Translations under genes and position numbers: made by a program
Part shown: one piece after another, positions 24,959 to 37,970 of the stretch
Numbering within the stretch: the first letter of the stretch is position 1
How the letters are laid out: each line of letters opens with the position of its first letter
DNA from: Stegostoma tigrinum
Lineage: Eukaryota
DNA length: 64,000 nt
Direction of reading: 5' to 3'
Assembly (NCBI RefSeq): GCF_030684315.1
Contig: NC_081365.1
Location: 72,781,603 to 72,845,602, forward strand
Notes under the pieces: generated by a model
What the model was told of the DNA's origin: nothing
Database searches by the model: none
The model's input: only the letters and a program-made list of their open reading frames with translations

Positions 24959-25711
24959 GGTGAAGACTGCAGGTCCTTTTAAAAGATGTCCTTATTCTTC
25001 TGTGCTTACAGATTAAAAAAAATGTCTGTGCGCACCTTGTGGATTGCAGGCACAGAGTTTCTGAAATTAAAACATTTGTATCAAAGGCTCTTTGGTTAGC
25101 AATCTAGGCAGCCGTTCTGTTAGCAAGGCAACCAGTTTAAACCATGAATTTAGAGATTAAAATTCAATTAAATTAAATCTGGGTTTGACAACATAGGACC
25201 AATCCTATTGTGACATTGATGTCATCAAGGGTATAAGAGGGCATTTGAAAATCTGTGACAGCAACTGCCGTCTGATTGAGTTAACAATCAGCTATAGAGA
25301 GAAAAATCACTGACTCTCTCAGAATAACCACCATGTAACAGTAGGTACAGCAGCATTCTTAGCTAATATTCTTCACAAGAATTCAGAGAAAGGCATTCCG
25401 GACTGAAGATCAGCAGAGAAAATTCAGACGTTCCAGATGATGTATCCCGGTCGTAATTTTGAGAGACTAAGTTTCAATTTTTAAATTTTGATTTATATTT
25501 AGTTTGTATTTGTATTTATTGGAACAGCATACCAGTTAGAATTTTGTTTTTACTCTGGAATAGTTAATAGCTAAGGGGAATTGTTCAATTTGTTCACTGT
25601 TAGACTTAATGTATAATCAACAAATCAATGAGTAAAAACGACTTCATTTCACTTAACCGCTCCTTTATAAAACAGCCAGAGGGTGAGAGGCAGGTTATAC
25701 CACGTTTCACA
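24959..25711 (+). mobile_element. Solo-LTR-like element, diverged relative of 18610-19587
   Basis: CCAAT 25199-25203, TATAA 25232-25236; shared blocks ttggaacagcat, aaggggaattgt, tttgttcactgttag; ends ttcaca. Confidence 0.55.
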
Positions 25712-26225
25712 CATTATAGCGAGAAGCAAGCCTCTCTGTGTGTTTCAATTTCAGTCATATGGGGGAAATGGCAGTCAACCTCCACTTCAGAACACCATCA
25801 AATACTGAACTGAGCAGGGGTGGGGTAAGATACTGCATGAGATTGTTTGGTATTTGTCATGAAGTTGGAGGACAAAGTCAGAAGGCACATGATACCAGGT
25901 TATAGTCCAACAGGTCTATTTGAAATCACAAGCTGTCAGTGCTGCTTCTCCAGTTGAAGTCAGGTGAGGGAGTGAGTGCAGAGATGTACAAAATGACACA
26001 CAGGACCCTCCAATCAACCTTTCAGGAGGATGGGGTATATGTAAAAGGAATAGAGTCCTTGAGCAAAGGAGGATATGAGGAAAGTTCATCACGCAAGAAT
26101 GGTGCACAAAAGAACTCAAAAGTTCAGACCAAATTGCAAGTTTCAGTATCATTACAACTGCAAATTTGATCATTCTGACCAGAAACTCTTCATCCGTACA
26201 AATCAGCATGCAAGTGTAAAGTCCA

Positions 26226-26384
26226 AATAAAAACGTAAAGAACTATGGATGCTGTAAATCAGTAAGAGAAACAGAAGTTGCTGAAAACTCAGTGGGTCTG
26301 GCAGCATCTGTGAAGAAAAAGAAATCAGTTAACGTTTCGGATCCAGGTGACCTGAGACGTTCTGAAGAAAGGTCACCGGGTCCT
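26226..26384. mobile_element. Fold-back mini-element (second Penelope-derived family) with 14-bp TSD
   Basis: aagtgtaa(a/t)gtcca at 26212-26225 and 26385-26398; internal gttaacgtttcgg...ttctgaagaaaggtcacc. Confidence 0.75.
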
Positions 26385-28289
26385 AAGTGTAATGTCCACC
26401 TATCTAAAAACCAAATCAAGTCGTTCAAATATTGTTTAGCCTCCTATTCTCTTAATGTACTTTCTGAACCCAGAATATTTTATGAAGAAAACATCCATGG
26501 AATTCCATAGAGTACCTTTAAGCATCTTTTGGGAAGTCCATTCGTGTACTTTAATGTCCATAGTGTGAAATTGACAGTTTGGCTACAGATATTACCAATT
26601 AAATCTGCTTATTACCACAAAGCCACATGCAAAATTTTTGCAGTATACTTATACCAATGCAGTTCTCTGTGGAACTGTGTCTATTTCTGCTGCAGACAAA
26701 ACAGTTGTATTTTCTTTAGAATTATTTTCACCCAGCTTTTGAACTAAAAAGAAAGCAATCATGGAAAATTTTTTTCTTTCCTTCAAACAAGAAGGTTTTA
26801 ACAAGTGACAGGCATATACAAAGACCAAGGCATAATGAGGAAAGTGCTCTATTTGCTGTTACAAACAAATACAATTAGCTTGCATAATGATAAGTTTGTC
26901 TTTCCATGTGAGAAAGTTTTTGCCCTTAAGAAAATGGTCACTAGAATTTTTCCACAATTTGAAAAAAAATTATAATCTTGTAGAATGGAATAACTTCTTT
27001 CCAGTTTGCAGGGCAGATTTTATTTATTTCCATAGTGGCACATATGCTTAGGAGTGGTTTGCAGCCAGATCTTTCCTCATCAGGAGCAACTGCAGTCAGT
27101 ATGTCCTGGGTGGGTGTTTGTATTCAGGAACGAATAAAGCTTGGGAAAAATATAATGAGACACTTTACGTGTAGAAAAAGGGAATTGTTTAAAGAGGAAT
27201 AACAGGAAGAGGTTTGGCACTTCTGCAAATAACAATGAAAACAAATTAAGTTTTTTTAAAAGAAAGTGTACATAAAACAGGTCAGAAAGCCTTTTCACAA
27301 CTGTTATAAAAGGAGATAGGACCGGTCAGTTTGGTTTTAGAAAAAGTGAGAAATTCCCAAGGAATAGCAAAATGACAAGTGCACAAGATTCAGGAAATAC
27401 CAGGAAACGACACAGCCTTAATTTTAGCACTTGTTTTGAATGGGACTTGTCTGGGAGGGGAAAAATGCTGCCCATTCCTAATTTCAATGGGCAATAAGAA
27501 TTAACCATAGCACCAGATCTGTGGCACATGCAAACCAGGCCGGTTACAGAAAGCAGGACATGCTTCCCTTGGGTGCTTACACCAAGTACTGACAGCTCTA
27601 ACTCCAGCCTAAAATTTATCAAGATTTATTGAATTCATCTTCGACAGTGCAATTAACTACCTCTGGACTGCTAGTCCTGTAACCATAAGAACACTGCACA
27701 GATCATACATAGCTGATGCCTTCAACACCCTCTAGCTTTTGTTGCCTCTATAGCAGTAAATCAACATGCATCAATCACGTACATAGTCAAATGAAGCTTT
27801 TTCCTGTGTTCAAGTTTAAAAAAAAATAGAAAGGGGAGCTACAGATAATTACTGTTTGTTTCCTCTTAAGTTTAGATGGTAAAATGTAGAAATTGCATTC
27901 AGCAATGTTTTAGAATAGAACTCAGTAATTTAGTACAAAGGAAATGAAACAAAAACCAAGTATAATAGCAGAACATGTAATGAAAGCAAAGTTACAATAT
28001 ACGGGAGCCAAATAAAAAGTGGCAAGGAACACAAAATTCTACTATGTACTGGACAATTGAAGTGACCAGAAAAACAGCTATACAGACAGAATCAAAAACT
28101 GCTCTTCCCACTGTAGAGCAGATCACACTAATCAAAGTAGACAGTGCAAAGTTTTTTAAAAAACTAAGGAACACCTGGGGCCCTGGATATCAAGATGAAA
28201 GGGTGAACAAATGAGGACGAAGTGAAAAGACCACCTAAACAAGGTCATGCGAATCCTCATTGTCCTGTTCAACTCAGCTTTCTAAAAAT

Positions 28290-28770
28290 TCTCTCATGGG
28301 CACGTCAGCTATCTGACATTTATTACCTGTTCCTACTTGGCCCTGAAGGTGGTGGTGGACTGCCTTTGGAGCTCCTACAGCCCATCTGCTGTAGGTGAAC
28401 CTACAATGCCATTAGAAGGGGAATACCAGGATTTTGACCCAGCAGTGAAGGAAGAGATATTTCCAAGTCAGGACAGTGAGTGGCTTGGAGGGGAATTTGA
28501 AGGTGTTCCCATGAATCTCTGCCCATATCCTTCTAGGTGGGAGTGGTTGAGAGTTTGGAAGGTGCTAAGGATCTTTGGTGAACTTCTGCAGTGCATCTTC
28601 TAGATCATATACACTTGCTGAGCATCAGTGGAGAGGGGAATAGATGCTTGTGGATGTGGTGCTAAAGGGGCTGCTCTGTCTTAGATGGTCTCAAGCATCT
28701 TCAATGTTATAGCTGATGGGAAGTGGGAAGCATTCCACCACACTGCTATCTGGTCTTGTGGATGGTGAGA
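28290..28770 (-). mobile_element. Decayed LINE 3' fragment (L2/CR1 group)
   Basis: Left end shares the tail of the second SINE-like family; body reads like a decayed RT C-terminus on the minus strand. Confidence 0.45.
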
Positions 28771-29771
28771 GTATCCTCACTTCTTATTAATCAGCTAGAT
28801 TAATTGCCTTAAAAAGAGGCTTTTACAAAATACCTGCCCCGTCAACCTGTCCAAAATGTGGTTGGTCATGCCTTATTTTATTATCATCTTAGCAGATCAG
28901 TCCTCGCTGATGTCCCGACACCAGTTTCACAATTAATTATTAATTTCAATCCTAGTTTCAAAGTCCCATTGTCCCTCAAACCACCAATTCTCTGCAGTCT
29001 CAGATCACCTCCAATTAAATAGTCAGTGTGTTTGCAATCACATTCACTTCTCCCAAGCATTGGTAGCACCTTGCAGGGTCTTGGGGCTGCTTCTCTCAAA
29101 CTCTTCCTGTCTGTAGACATAAACTACAGAAAGAAATTCTCCCAATGACTCTTTTGGCTAGCCAACGATTCAGTATCAGTTTTTCTATTTACCTCAAGAC
29201 ATGGGAGGGTTAGTAACTAATTTGCTAAATATACTGTTATTTTTCTTTTAATGCTAATGAATGGGAAATGGGGATCAGTTGGTAGGCAAGCATTATGTAT
29301 TCTAATTGCCTAACAGTTCAGAGCAAACTACATTTAAATTGTCTGGGTCATACCAGCTCAGGTAAGAACAGCAGATTCATTTTCTAAAAGGCATTACTGA
29401 ACCAGATGGGTTTTTCTGACAATGGTCAAAAATACTTAATCCTAGACTTGTACTGAATTCAAATTCCACGACATGCCATGACAGGATTTGAATTCAGATC
29501 CCAAGAAAATTACCTGGGTCTCTGGATCAGTAGGCTGGCAATAATACCACTAAGCTTGTGTAGAGTGCTGGCCAACTAATCACAGAATATTACTACCCAC
29601 CATTGGAACAATTTCCATCTTATATCCTAGGATGTCCTGCCTTTGGAAAATCTACCTCCAAACAAGCAGCTTGGCGTCTTTCCCAATATTTCTTTTGGGA
29701 AATCTTCTTTCACTGATTACAATGTGAAGCTCCCTGGGATGCTTTCCTATATATTGAGATGTTATGCATGA

Positions 29772-30097
29772 GTGGCACATTGGCTCAGTGGTTAGTGTTG
29801 CTGCCTCTCAGCGCAAGGGACCCATCAATCCCTCTGGCATCTGTGTAGAGTTTGCACATTCTCCCGTTGTCAGTGTGCATTTCTGCTAGGTGCTCCAGTT
29901 CTCAGTCCAAAAGTATGCAAATTACCTGGATTGGCCATGCCAAATTACCCATTATGTTCAGGGATGTATAGTTTAGGTGGATTAGCCATGGGAAATGCAA
30001 GGTTACAGGGAAAGGGTAGGCAGATGGGTCTTGGTAGGATACACTCCAAACTGGACTTAGTGGGCTGAATGGCCTGATTCCACACTGGAGAGATTCT
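29772..30097 (+). mobile_element. tRNA-derived SINE (HE1-like) with CR1-type tail
   Basis: A-box tggctcagtgg, central tgtgtagagtttgcacattctccc, tail gggctgaatggcctg.ttccacactg. Confidence 0.85.
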
Positions 30098-30148
30098 TTG
30101 TTTTTTTAAAAAAGTTGTTAAACATTTCAGAGAATAAATTTAAAAGAT

Positions 30149-30154
30149 TTTATT
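30149..30154 (-). terminator. ITM2B: Candidate ITM2B polyadenylation signal AATAAA
   Basis: tttatt on plus strand, about 450 nt downstream of the stop codon. Confidence 0.55.
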
Positions 30155-30606
30155 TTGTTACCTTATACCGTATACCATTTATATATACAATCAATATGAG
30201 TTTATCGTAATTTATCTTTCCCACACCCACCCCAGTGTATATAGGTTAACACAGCATGTATTTGAAATGGAAAAGAACAAGGTGGGATAGTCTCCAGTTT
30301 CTTCCCACCTATGCAAAGAAAGGTGTTAATTGTGATAGATTAAATTCCAGTCTAATACATAGTCTATTAGAATGAGTAAAAATAATCTCAATGGCTAGCC
30401 TTTTCTTACAGTCTACTATTGCACCTTTAGAAATCTGCCTGAATCTTACACTTCCAATAGTAGTTAAGCTGAGATGAAAATTGCAGATGTACAAAATAAA
30501 CCCTGTTTTCATCACTGTTTTTAAAAAGATAAATGCATTGCACACCAGATAAAAGGAAGTGATTTTCTGGGATGAGCTCTGAGCCTGCACTGGTTGTCTT
30601 CTGTAA

Positions 30607-30695
30607 TTACTGCTCACAAATAAGTGTTTCTACCGCAACCCGGCTTTCAAAATGGAAAATTGAGAAACATTTCTTTACATCTCGCTTTTGGATAC
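30607..30695 (-). CDS. ITM2B: ITM2B (BRI2) exon 6, last coding exon
   Basis: (G)IQKRDVKKCFSIFHFESRVAVETLICEQ* vs human GIQKREASNCFAIRHFENKFAVETLICS; acceptor ccctttag. Confidence 0.96.
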
Positions 30696-32633
30696 CTAAA
30701 GGGAGAAGAAGAAACTTATTAAGTAGGTCATTCCTATAAAATAGGTCAACATTGAATTTAAATTCATAAAAGGCAGTTGGGCATAACTGGTTCCTAGGTA
30801 ATGAAAAGAATCCACCTGACAATCAAACAGCACCCTTGCCATACACAGTACAAATTGTTATTCCCTCAAATTTGTAATTTGTGCATCTCTCCTGAGGACT
30901 AAGACGAACAGTTTTAACGTTGTTTCTATTGTTGAAGGAGACACAAATTGAATAAACTAATTCTAAATCCAGGTACCTCTAATGCAAAGATCAAAGATGA
31001 GGAGAAAGGATGGTTATGGGACATGACTGAAGACAAATGGGAGTTGATTGAGGGGTTTTGAATTGGGAGACACATACAGCCAGGCAAAGATGTTATGTAG
31101 TAGGGCATAGACTTATACATCTATCTAGTTTCTGGAATTTGTCTAAGTGAATTCATGCAATCAAATCTGAGTATTGGACGCAGGTGATGTAAACATAATT
31201 CAGAGCTGTGTGCTTTAATATTTCATTTTCTGTATGGAAAAACTTGGCATGAACTTAATGCCTAATCATTTTCCAAATTGATGAAGAAATGTGAGAAAAT
31301 GAAGCAAATTTCTACTTAAATCACACTTTACTATTACTGTGGTGGCTGAAGTGTTTTATCTACAATGTTATTTTCTCCAATTTAAATTGACATGGTTCAA
31401 ACCATGCTCTTCGGTTCCACCAATCTTCACCAGTTAGACTCTATACCCTAGCATTCCACAGCTGGATGTGAGTGCCAAATTTAAAGGTCTGCAAGATTGG
31501 TGTCCTGTTTGGCTTTTGAAGAGATTTGAAACCCCCATGGCTGTCTTAAGGATCTACCCCCAAATTCTCCTTCATTCTCAATTTATGTAAAATTATTCCA
31601 AACTATTCTCCTGGGCCTGGATAAGTTATAACTTGTCAAAACCTCTTCTGCTCAAATCCTGTTAAGGCCCATTGCTCTTGTAATAGAAACCAAAATTCAC
31701 AATCCTTAAGGATCCTTTGCAACTCTCAATACACTGCCCAAATTTGAACTTTCTTCTTAAAAGCAATAAAGAACCTTGTCAATCTACTGTCAGATGCCTG
31801 CTCTCTACTTTTGAAAGTCTTTAAGCACCCTGGTCCCACACATCTTTGCCTGGCTATCTGCTTCTCCCAATTCAAAGCCACTTAATCTACCCCGGTCGTC
31901 TTCAGTTGTGACCTTTAACCATCCTCTCTCCTTGTCTACCTTAATAAAATTGCCAAAACCTGACATTACTGTATAAACAGTAGTTGCTGTATTTTACCAC
32001 ACAGCTCAATCATTCAGAAGATAAAGTCCTATTTGCAATATACTGGCTTAAAGTGTAGCTAAGTTTTCTCCTGTTTGATGCATACATGCTTTTTCACTTT
32101 CCACTGAAAATTGTGAATTTGGAGAACCTGATTAAATAGTGCCAATGATGCATCACTGTGCTTTTAAACTACTCTCAGTTCATCTTTAATGAAGAAACTA
32201 CAGAGTATTATACTTTAAGCAATATTGCTTAAAGTCAGTCAACAGTATTTAAAATTAGTCAATCCAATGTATATTCTCAAAAGCACAAGACAGGACCAGA
32301 CTACACGTAGATGCACTTTGTTGCATTTTCCAAAATGGAACATATTACTTGCTGCCACTGGCTAAATTTGAAGTCCCTTCTGGTGTATCAAGTGCTCCAG
32401 CAGTTTGATGCAGAAAGCATTGGATGATGCATGGGTGTAAGGTAGCTGCAAACACTTTTTGGCCACTCACTTGCCCTTCTTCAAACTCTGACTTTAAGCT
32501 GGCAAATATTAAAAATTATTCCAATGAATGAAATTGTTAAGAAAAAAGTCCTTTATATCCTCCAAATATCACCCCCACATCTTTAAATGGCTACATATAC
32601 TAATTTTCCCTTGCAGCCTTTGGGGCTGTCACT

Positions 32634-33456
32634 ACAAGTGTGAGGTGATGCACTTTGGTAGGAGTAACCACAAGTGTGAGGTGATGCACTATGGTAGGAG
32701 TAACCGGAAGGCAAAGTACAGGGCTAATGGTAAGATTCTTAGTAGTGTAAATGAGCAGAGAGATCTCGGTGTCCACGTACACAGATCCTTGAAAGTTGCC
32801 ACCCAGGTTGACAGGGCTGTTAAGAAGGCATACAGTGTTTTAGCTTTTATTAATAGAGGGATTGAGTTCTGGAACCAAGAGGTTATGGTGAAGCTGTACA
32901 AAACTCTGGTGCGGCCGCACTTGGAGTATTGCGTACAGTTCTGGTCACCGCATTACAAGAAGGATGTGGAAGCTTTGGAAAGGGTGCAGAGGAGATTTAC
33001 TAGGATGTTGCCTGGTATGGAGGGAAGGTCTTACGAGGAAAGGCTGAGGGACTTGAGGCTGTTTTAATTAGAGAGAAGAAGGTTGAGAAGTTACTTAATT
33101 GAAACATATAAAATAATCAGAGGGTTAGATAGGGTGGATAGGAAGAGACTTTTTCCTGGGCTGGTGACGGCAAGCACGAGGGGGCATAGCTTTAAACTGA
33201 GGGGTGAAAGATATAGGACAGATGTCAGAGGTAGTTTCTTTACACAGAGAGTAGTAAGGGAATGGAACGCTTTGCCTGCACCAGTAGTAGATTTGCCAAC
33301 TTTAGGTACATTTAAGTCATCATTGGATAAGTATATGGACGTACATGGAATAGTGTAGGTTAGATGGGCTTGAGATCGGTATGACAGGTCGGCACAACAT
33401 CGAGGGCCGAAGGGCCTGTACTGTGCTGTTATGTTCTATGTCTATGTCTATGTCTA
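32634..33456 (+). mobile_element. Young 5'-truncated CR1 LINE with a 36-bp tandem duplication at the 5' junction
   Basis: KCEVMHFGRSN twice, LYKTLVRPHLEYCVQFWSP, TRGHSFKL; one premature TAA at 33065-33067; (tctatg)n tail. Confidence 0.95.
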
Positions 33457-33885
33457 CACATTCAAAAAAAATAGAACACACCCATGGTGACACCAATATT
33501 TTTGCTGCAGGTTAGTCATAAGAAAAAGACTGTTTGATTTCTCCTCTTCACCCATTTTACCTTCAAACTGTTAGTAACTGCCATACCTCATCCAGAATGA
33601 CCATTCCACACACAAGCCTAGTTATGGAGGTTACTGTAAATTATTCAGTTGAGAAGGGCATGATAATTACACTTGATTTTGTCCCACTCAACAGTCATTT
33701 TATAGGAGGACAACTTTTGAAGGATCTATGCCAATTGCTATTTATCCACCTCCCAGCAATGATGCCAGTTATAAAGTTCACAACTGATAATCAATTAAGA
33801 CATCAAACACAAGGGAACAAGCTTAGGCCAGTTTTAGAACTGTTAAATCAAGAGTTAAACCAGGATATTCATTTTTAAGAATTAC

Positions 33886-34036
33886 CTTTACCAAGCTCTC
33901 TGCGTTGAAGCTTGAAGGTCTCCTTCCCACGACAAAGACGTGCAATAAAGTATCCAAGCTCATCCACATTTTCAATGTAATCAGTAACCACCATCTCTTC
34001 ATGGATCAAGTAGGATTGGGGCAAGTACGTACCAGC
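33886..34036 (-). CDS. ITM2B: ITM2B exon 5 (151 nt; BRICHOS C-terminal part)
   Basis: AGTYLPQSYLIHEEMVVTDYIENVDELGYFIARLCRGKETFKLQRRELGK(G); acceptor aacag, donor gtaatt. Confidence 0.96.
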
Positions 34037-34629
34037 CTGTTTAATTAAGTACAGTTTAAATTGTTAGCAAAACACTTGATTCTCATCACTATCCAGTTAC
34101 GGTCAGCCAAGTTCAAAGTTGACTGATACTTGCGAGATAGATTTTTTTCTCATCTCCATGGGACACTCCATCAGCAATACCTCTCAATTTGACTCTTTAC
34201 TGTCCAGCTAGCTTTCATTCAATTTTGCCTTCATTTTTAGTCACTCATTTGCTGGTTTCTAGAGTTTGTCAAATCTTCTCTCATATACTAACAGCATGCT
34301 CTCTGGTTGGCTCTTGAACATTTGGCTCTAAGAAATTACATTGAATTGATGGCACTGCGTAATGATGGAAAGCCAGAACATTTGCATGACTGCCAGTGTA
34401 AAGATAGTCTTGAAAGGAAAAAATTATGACAGATCTAGACTTGCATACTTTTAACTGGAACTGTCAAATAATTTAGAATAATCAAAATCATTAAGAAAAC
34501 AGCATTTAAACTAATTAGAATAATCTAAAAGTGATAAAACTTCAGGGAGCTTTGTGTGCATATGTACACAAATCCTAAATTCCATTGGCATGTCCATTTA
34601 CACAACATAATGGGAAGCAAATGAAGCAG

Positions 34630-36185
34630 ATAAAAATAGCAGACATAAACGTATCCCTCCCTGACTTGCTCAATGCTTCTTACGCTCAGTTAGAACAGAA
34701 TGCCAGTGGTGTGGTGTGGTGTTGCCTGCCCCAAGAGCCCCTCAGACTCCCTTCAGTCACCGTTGCAGACGTCAGATCAGCCTTCTTGACAGTAATCCAG
34801 AGGAAACTGACTGGCCCAGACAGAGTCCCCATCGTGCGTTCATATCCTGTGCAGACCAGCTGGCAGAAGTACGTGCTAACATCTTTAGTCTCTCCTTGCT
34901 ACAATCATCAAGATGACTAGCATCATCCCAATACTAAAGAAAGTACGTGCATCATACCTCAATAATTACCACCCAGTGGCTCCGATCTCCATTATCAAGT
35001 GCTTCAAGGAGTTAGGCACAGCCCACATCAACTCAGTCTGCTTACCAGCAAAACAGATAGCAGACACCATTTTCCTACCCCTACGTGCATCCCTGGAACA
35101 TCTAGACAATAAGGATATCTACGTCAAGCTCCTTATTGACTACAGCTCTGCCTTCAATGCTATAATCCCAACCATCTCAAAACTCCGAGGCACAGGTATT
35201 GGCCTTGACCTTTGCAACTAGATCCTCAGTTTCTTGAACGGCAGACCAGAGTGAAAATAGACACCAGCACCTCCTCCATGATAATCCTCAACACCAGCCA
35301 TCTGCAAGGATGTGTTTCAGCCCCGACTATTCCCTGTACTCTCACAACTGAGACCAAATTTTGTACAAATGCCATCTACAAGTTCACTGATGACATCACC
35401 ACTGTAGACCAGATAGCTAACAATGGTGAGTCAGAATACAGGAACGGGAGATTGTGATTGTTATCATTGCACCACAACATCAAACACTTTCTCAAAATCA
35501 GCAAAAAGAATTGATCACTGGCTTCAGGAAGAAAGGTGGAGGATAGGCCCACTGTCTACAATCGACAGAGATGAAGTGAAGTGGAGAGGATCGAGAGTGT
35601 CAAGTCCCTTGGAGTGACAATAAACAACAATCTGTCCTGGATCTCCCAAGCAGATGGTCAAGGCGGCACGACAACTTCTTCCTCAGGCTGAGGAAATTCA
35701 GAATGTCAATAAGGACACTCACCAACTTTTGTAGAATGCTTTCTTTTTATGGTGCATCTATCTGGGGTATAAAACACTTGGTGGAACAACGGCTTTGGCC
35801 AAGACAAGAAGAAACTACAGAAAATAGTGTACATAGCCCAGACCATCAAAGACCAATATCTCATCCGTGGACTCCATTTTCACTTCTTGTTGGCAGCACT
35901 TCTGCAGCAACGTAAAAGACCTCTCCCAGCCTGGTTATAATCTCTTCCAACCTGTGTCAGGCAAAAGATACAAAAGCTTGGACGTACATACCAACAGGTT
36001 TAAGAGCAACTTCTTCTCTGCTGTTGGATTGCTGAATTGATTTGAAATTAGAGATCTAATGTTGATCTTCTGCAGCCATAACTTTTATATGCCTCACTGT
36101 CTAAACACCTTATGATTTGTATGACCTTGTATGATTTGCTTGCAAAGCAAAATTTTTCACTGGACCTAGGTATGTGACAATAAAT
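34630..36185 (+). mobile_element. Rex1/Babar-type LINE 3' fragment, decayed
   Basis: LNNYHPVAP, SLEHLDNKDIYVKLLIDYSSAFNAIIP, IYKFTDD; ends gtgacaataaat; related to 5345-6100. Confidence 0.85.
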
Positions 36186-37304
36186 CGAGTGCAAGAGCCT
36201 TTATAAAATGAAGAGGAAGATTCCTTAAATTACCTAAACCTAGAGTAGTAATTTCATTTAAAAATCAGAGCGAGCGCATGTCTGGTTCTTCCGCATAAAT
36301 GAAAAAAATTGCACTGTACATCTAATTCTATTTTAATCCTGAGCAAATTTACACAAATGCAAGCCATTTAGCTGATATTACCATCCAATTATGTCTCATC
36401 AAGTAACTTCCTGAGGATACAGAAAGAAACATTCTATGCAAAATGCAAATAACGAAAATGGGCAAATTTCTCCTTTCAAAGTGTGGGCGTCGTCATTATT
36501 TGTGGTATCCACCATTGGGTAATAAAAGTTTCATCACTTTCAGTTAATACCAACCTACCAATCTGCATGACTAGAATCCACCCTGCATAGCAGTGCTGTT
36601 TTACCACTGGTGATAAACATCAAGTTTCCAGCGGTGGTGAGATGTGTCACCTATTTTCTACTGCCCAGTATGCCTTATCTTCCTTACCAAATAAGGGAAA
36701 GCAGGAGTTTAATTGCACAAAAAAAATTTCCTGTACACTAACAAAAATCATGAAAATTAGGAGTATAGCATAAAACCCAATGAAGGTGGAGTAGAGAAGA
36801 CAAATTCAATAATTGAGAAGAATAATTGGACTGCAAAGTCAACCCAAATATTTGCTCAGTCAAGACACATTAGCTGACTTAAATTGGATATCCGGGCGTT
36901 TGGAGTTAAGACAATGAATTAAGAGATATTTTGATACCATTAAATAGGTAAACTGTTACAATACAGGTCCACAACTACAAGTCCCAGTATCTGAAGAAAA
37001 TTTTGTTAGACCTAACAACAAGATAGCAGGACAATGGAGGCTTCAACTTGCATCCACAATAAGCTTCTGCAGACAATGTAACTTAACAATTTTGTCTTTT
37101 CTCATTCTCCTGCAATCTTGAAAATAGATTAACTATAATTAAGAACCAAGTCAAGGCCATTTTAACCAAGGGTTAAATTCAAGAACTAAACAGAGTACTT
37201 TACCATCTTCCAGACAGGGATTAGAATACATTTTCTAAATATTACACCTTCAAATGATCTGCATTACGTAGAATTTTGGGTCAATTTCCACTACCGGATT
37301 TTCA

Positions 37305-37439
<135 letters not shown>

Positions 37440-37760
37440 CTAGGAAAGAAAATTTGAGAGCTCTAAGCCAGTTTCAATTGGTTTCAATAAGCATGCAAAA
37501 CACATTAGATTAGGAGTGCAAGTTGATTGAAAAAAAGTCTCATTAAAGTAGATGTGTTTCCCAAAGCAACACAATTATCCTACTTTCTCGTTTTTGGGTA
37601 TTTTTTACTTTTTTATGCATGTACGTAATCTATACAGACACTGAATTCAATTTTGATTTTTTGTAAAGTATATCATAAAGCAAATTTATAAAAAGCTCAT
37701 TAAACAAACTAAAATGCAACTCGCTATGAAAAGCACATCTGTATGACAGTTAATACAGAC

Positions 37761-37970
37761 CCTGTGGAAATCATGAACAATATCTGCTGGATCGCCATCA
37801 GCAAATTCAGGGACAAGAACATTGATCAATTCAACTCCATCATCCTCGAGGATCCGGATGTTTTCTTTAATCGATTGGTAAGGAGCCAATTGTGGATCAA
37901 CGTCAACATCTGGGACATGATAATCTTTAGGATCACTGTACTTTAAGCCACAAAAGAAGACTTCACCTTC
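37761..37970 (-). CDS. ITM2B: ITM2B exon 3 (210 nt)
   Basis: EGEVFFCGLKYSD...YQSIKENIRILEDDGVELINVLVPEFADGDPADIVHDFHR; acceptor cccccag, donor gtctgt. Confidence 0.94.
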
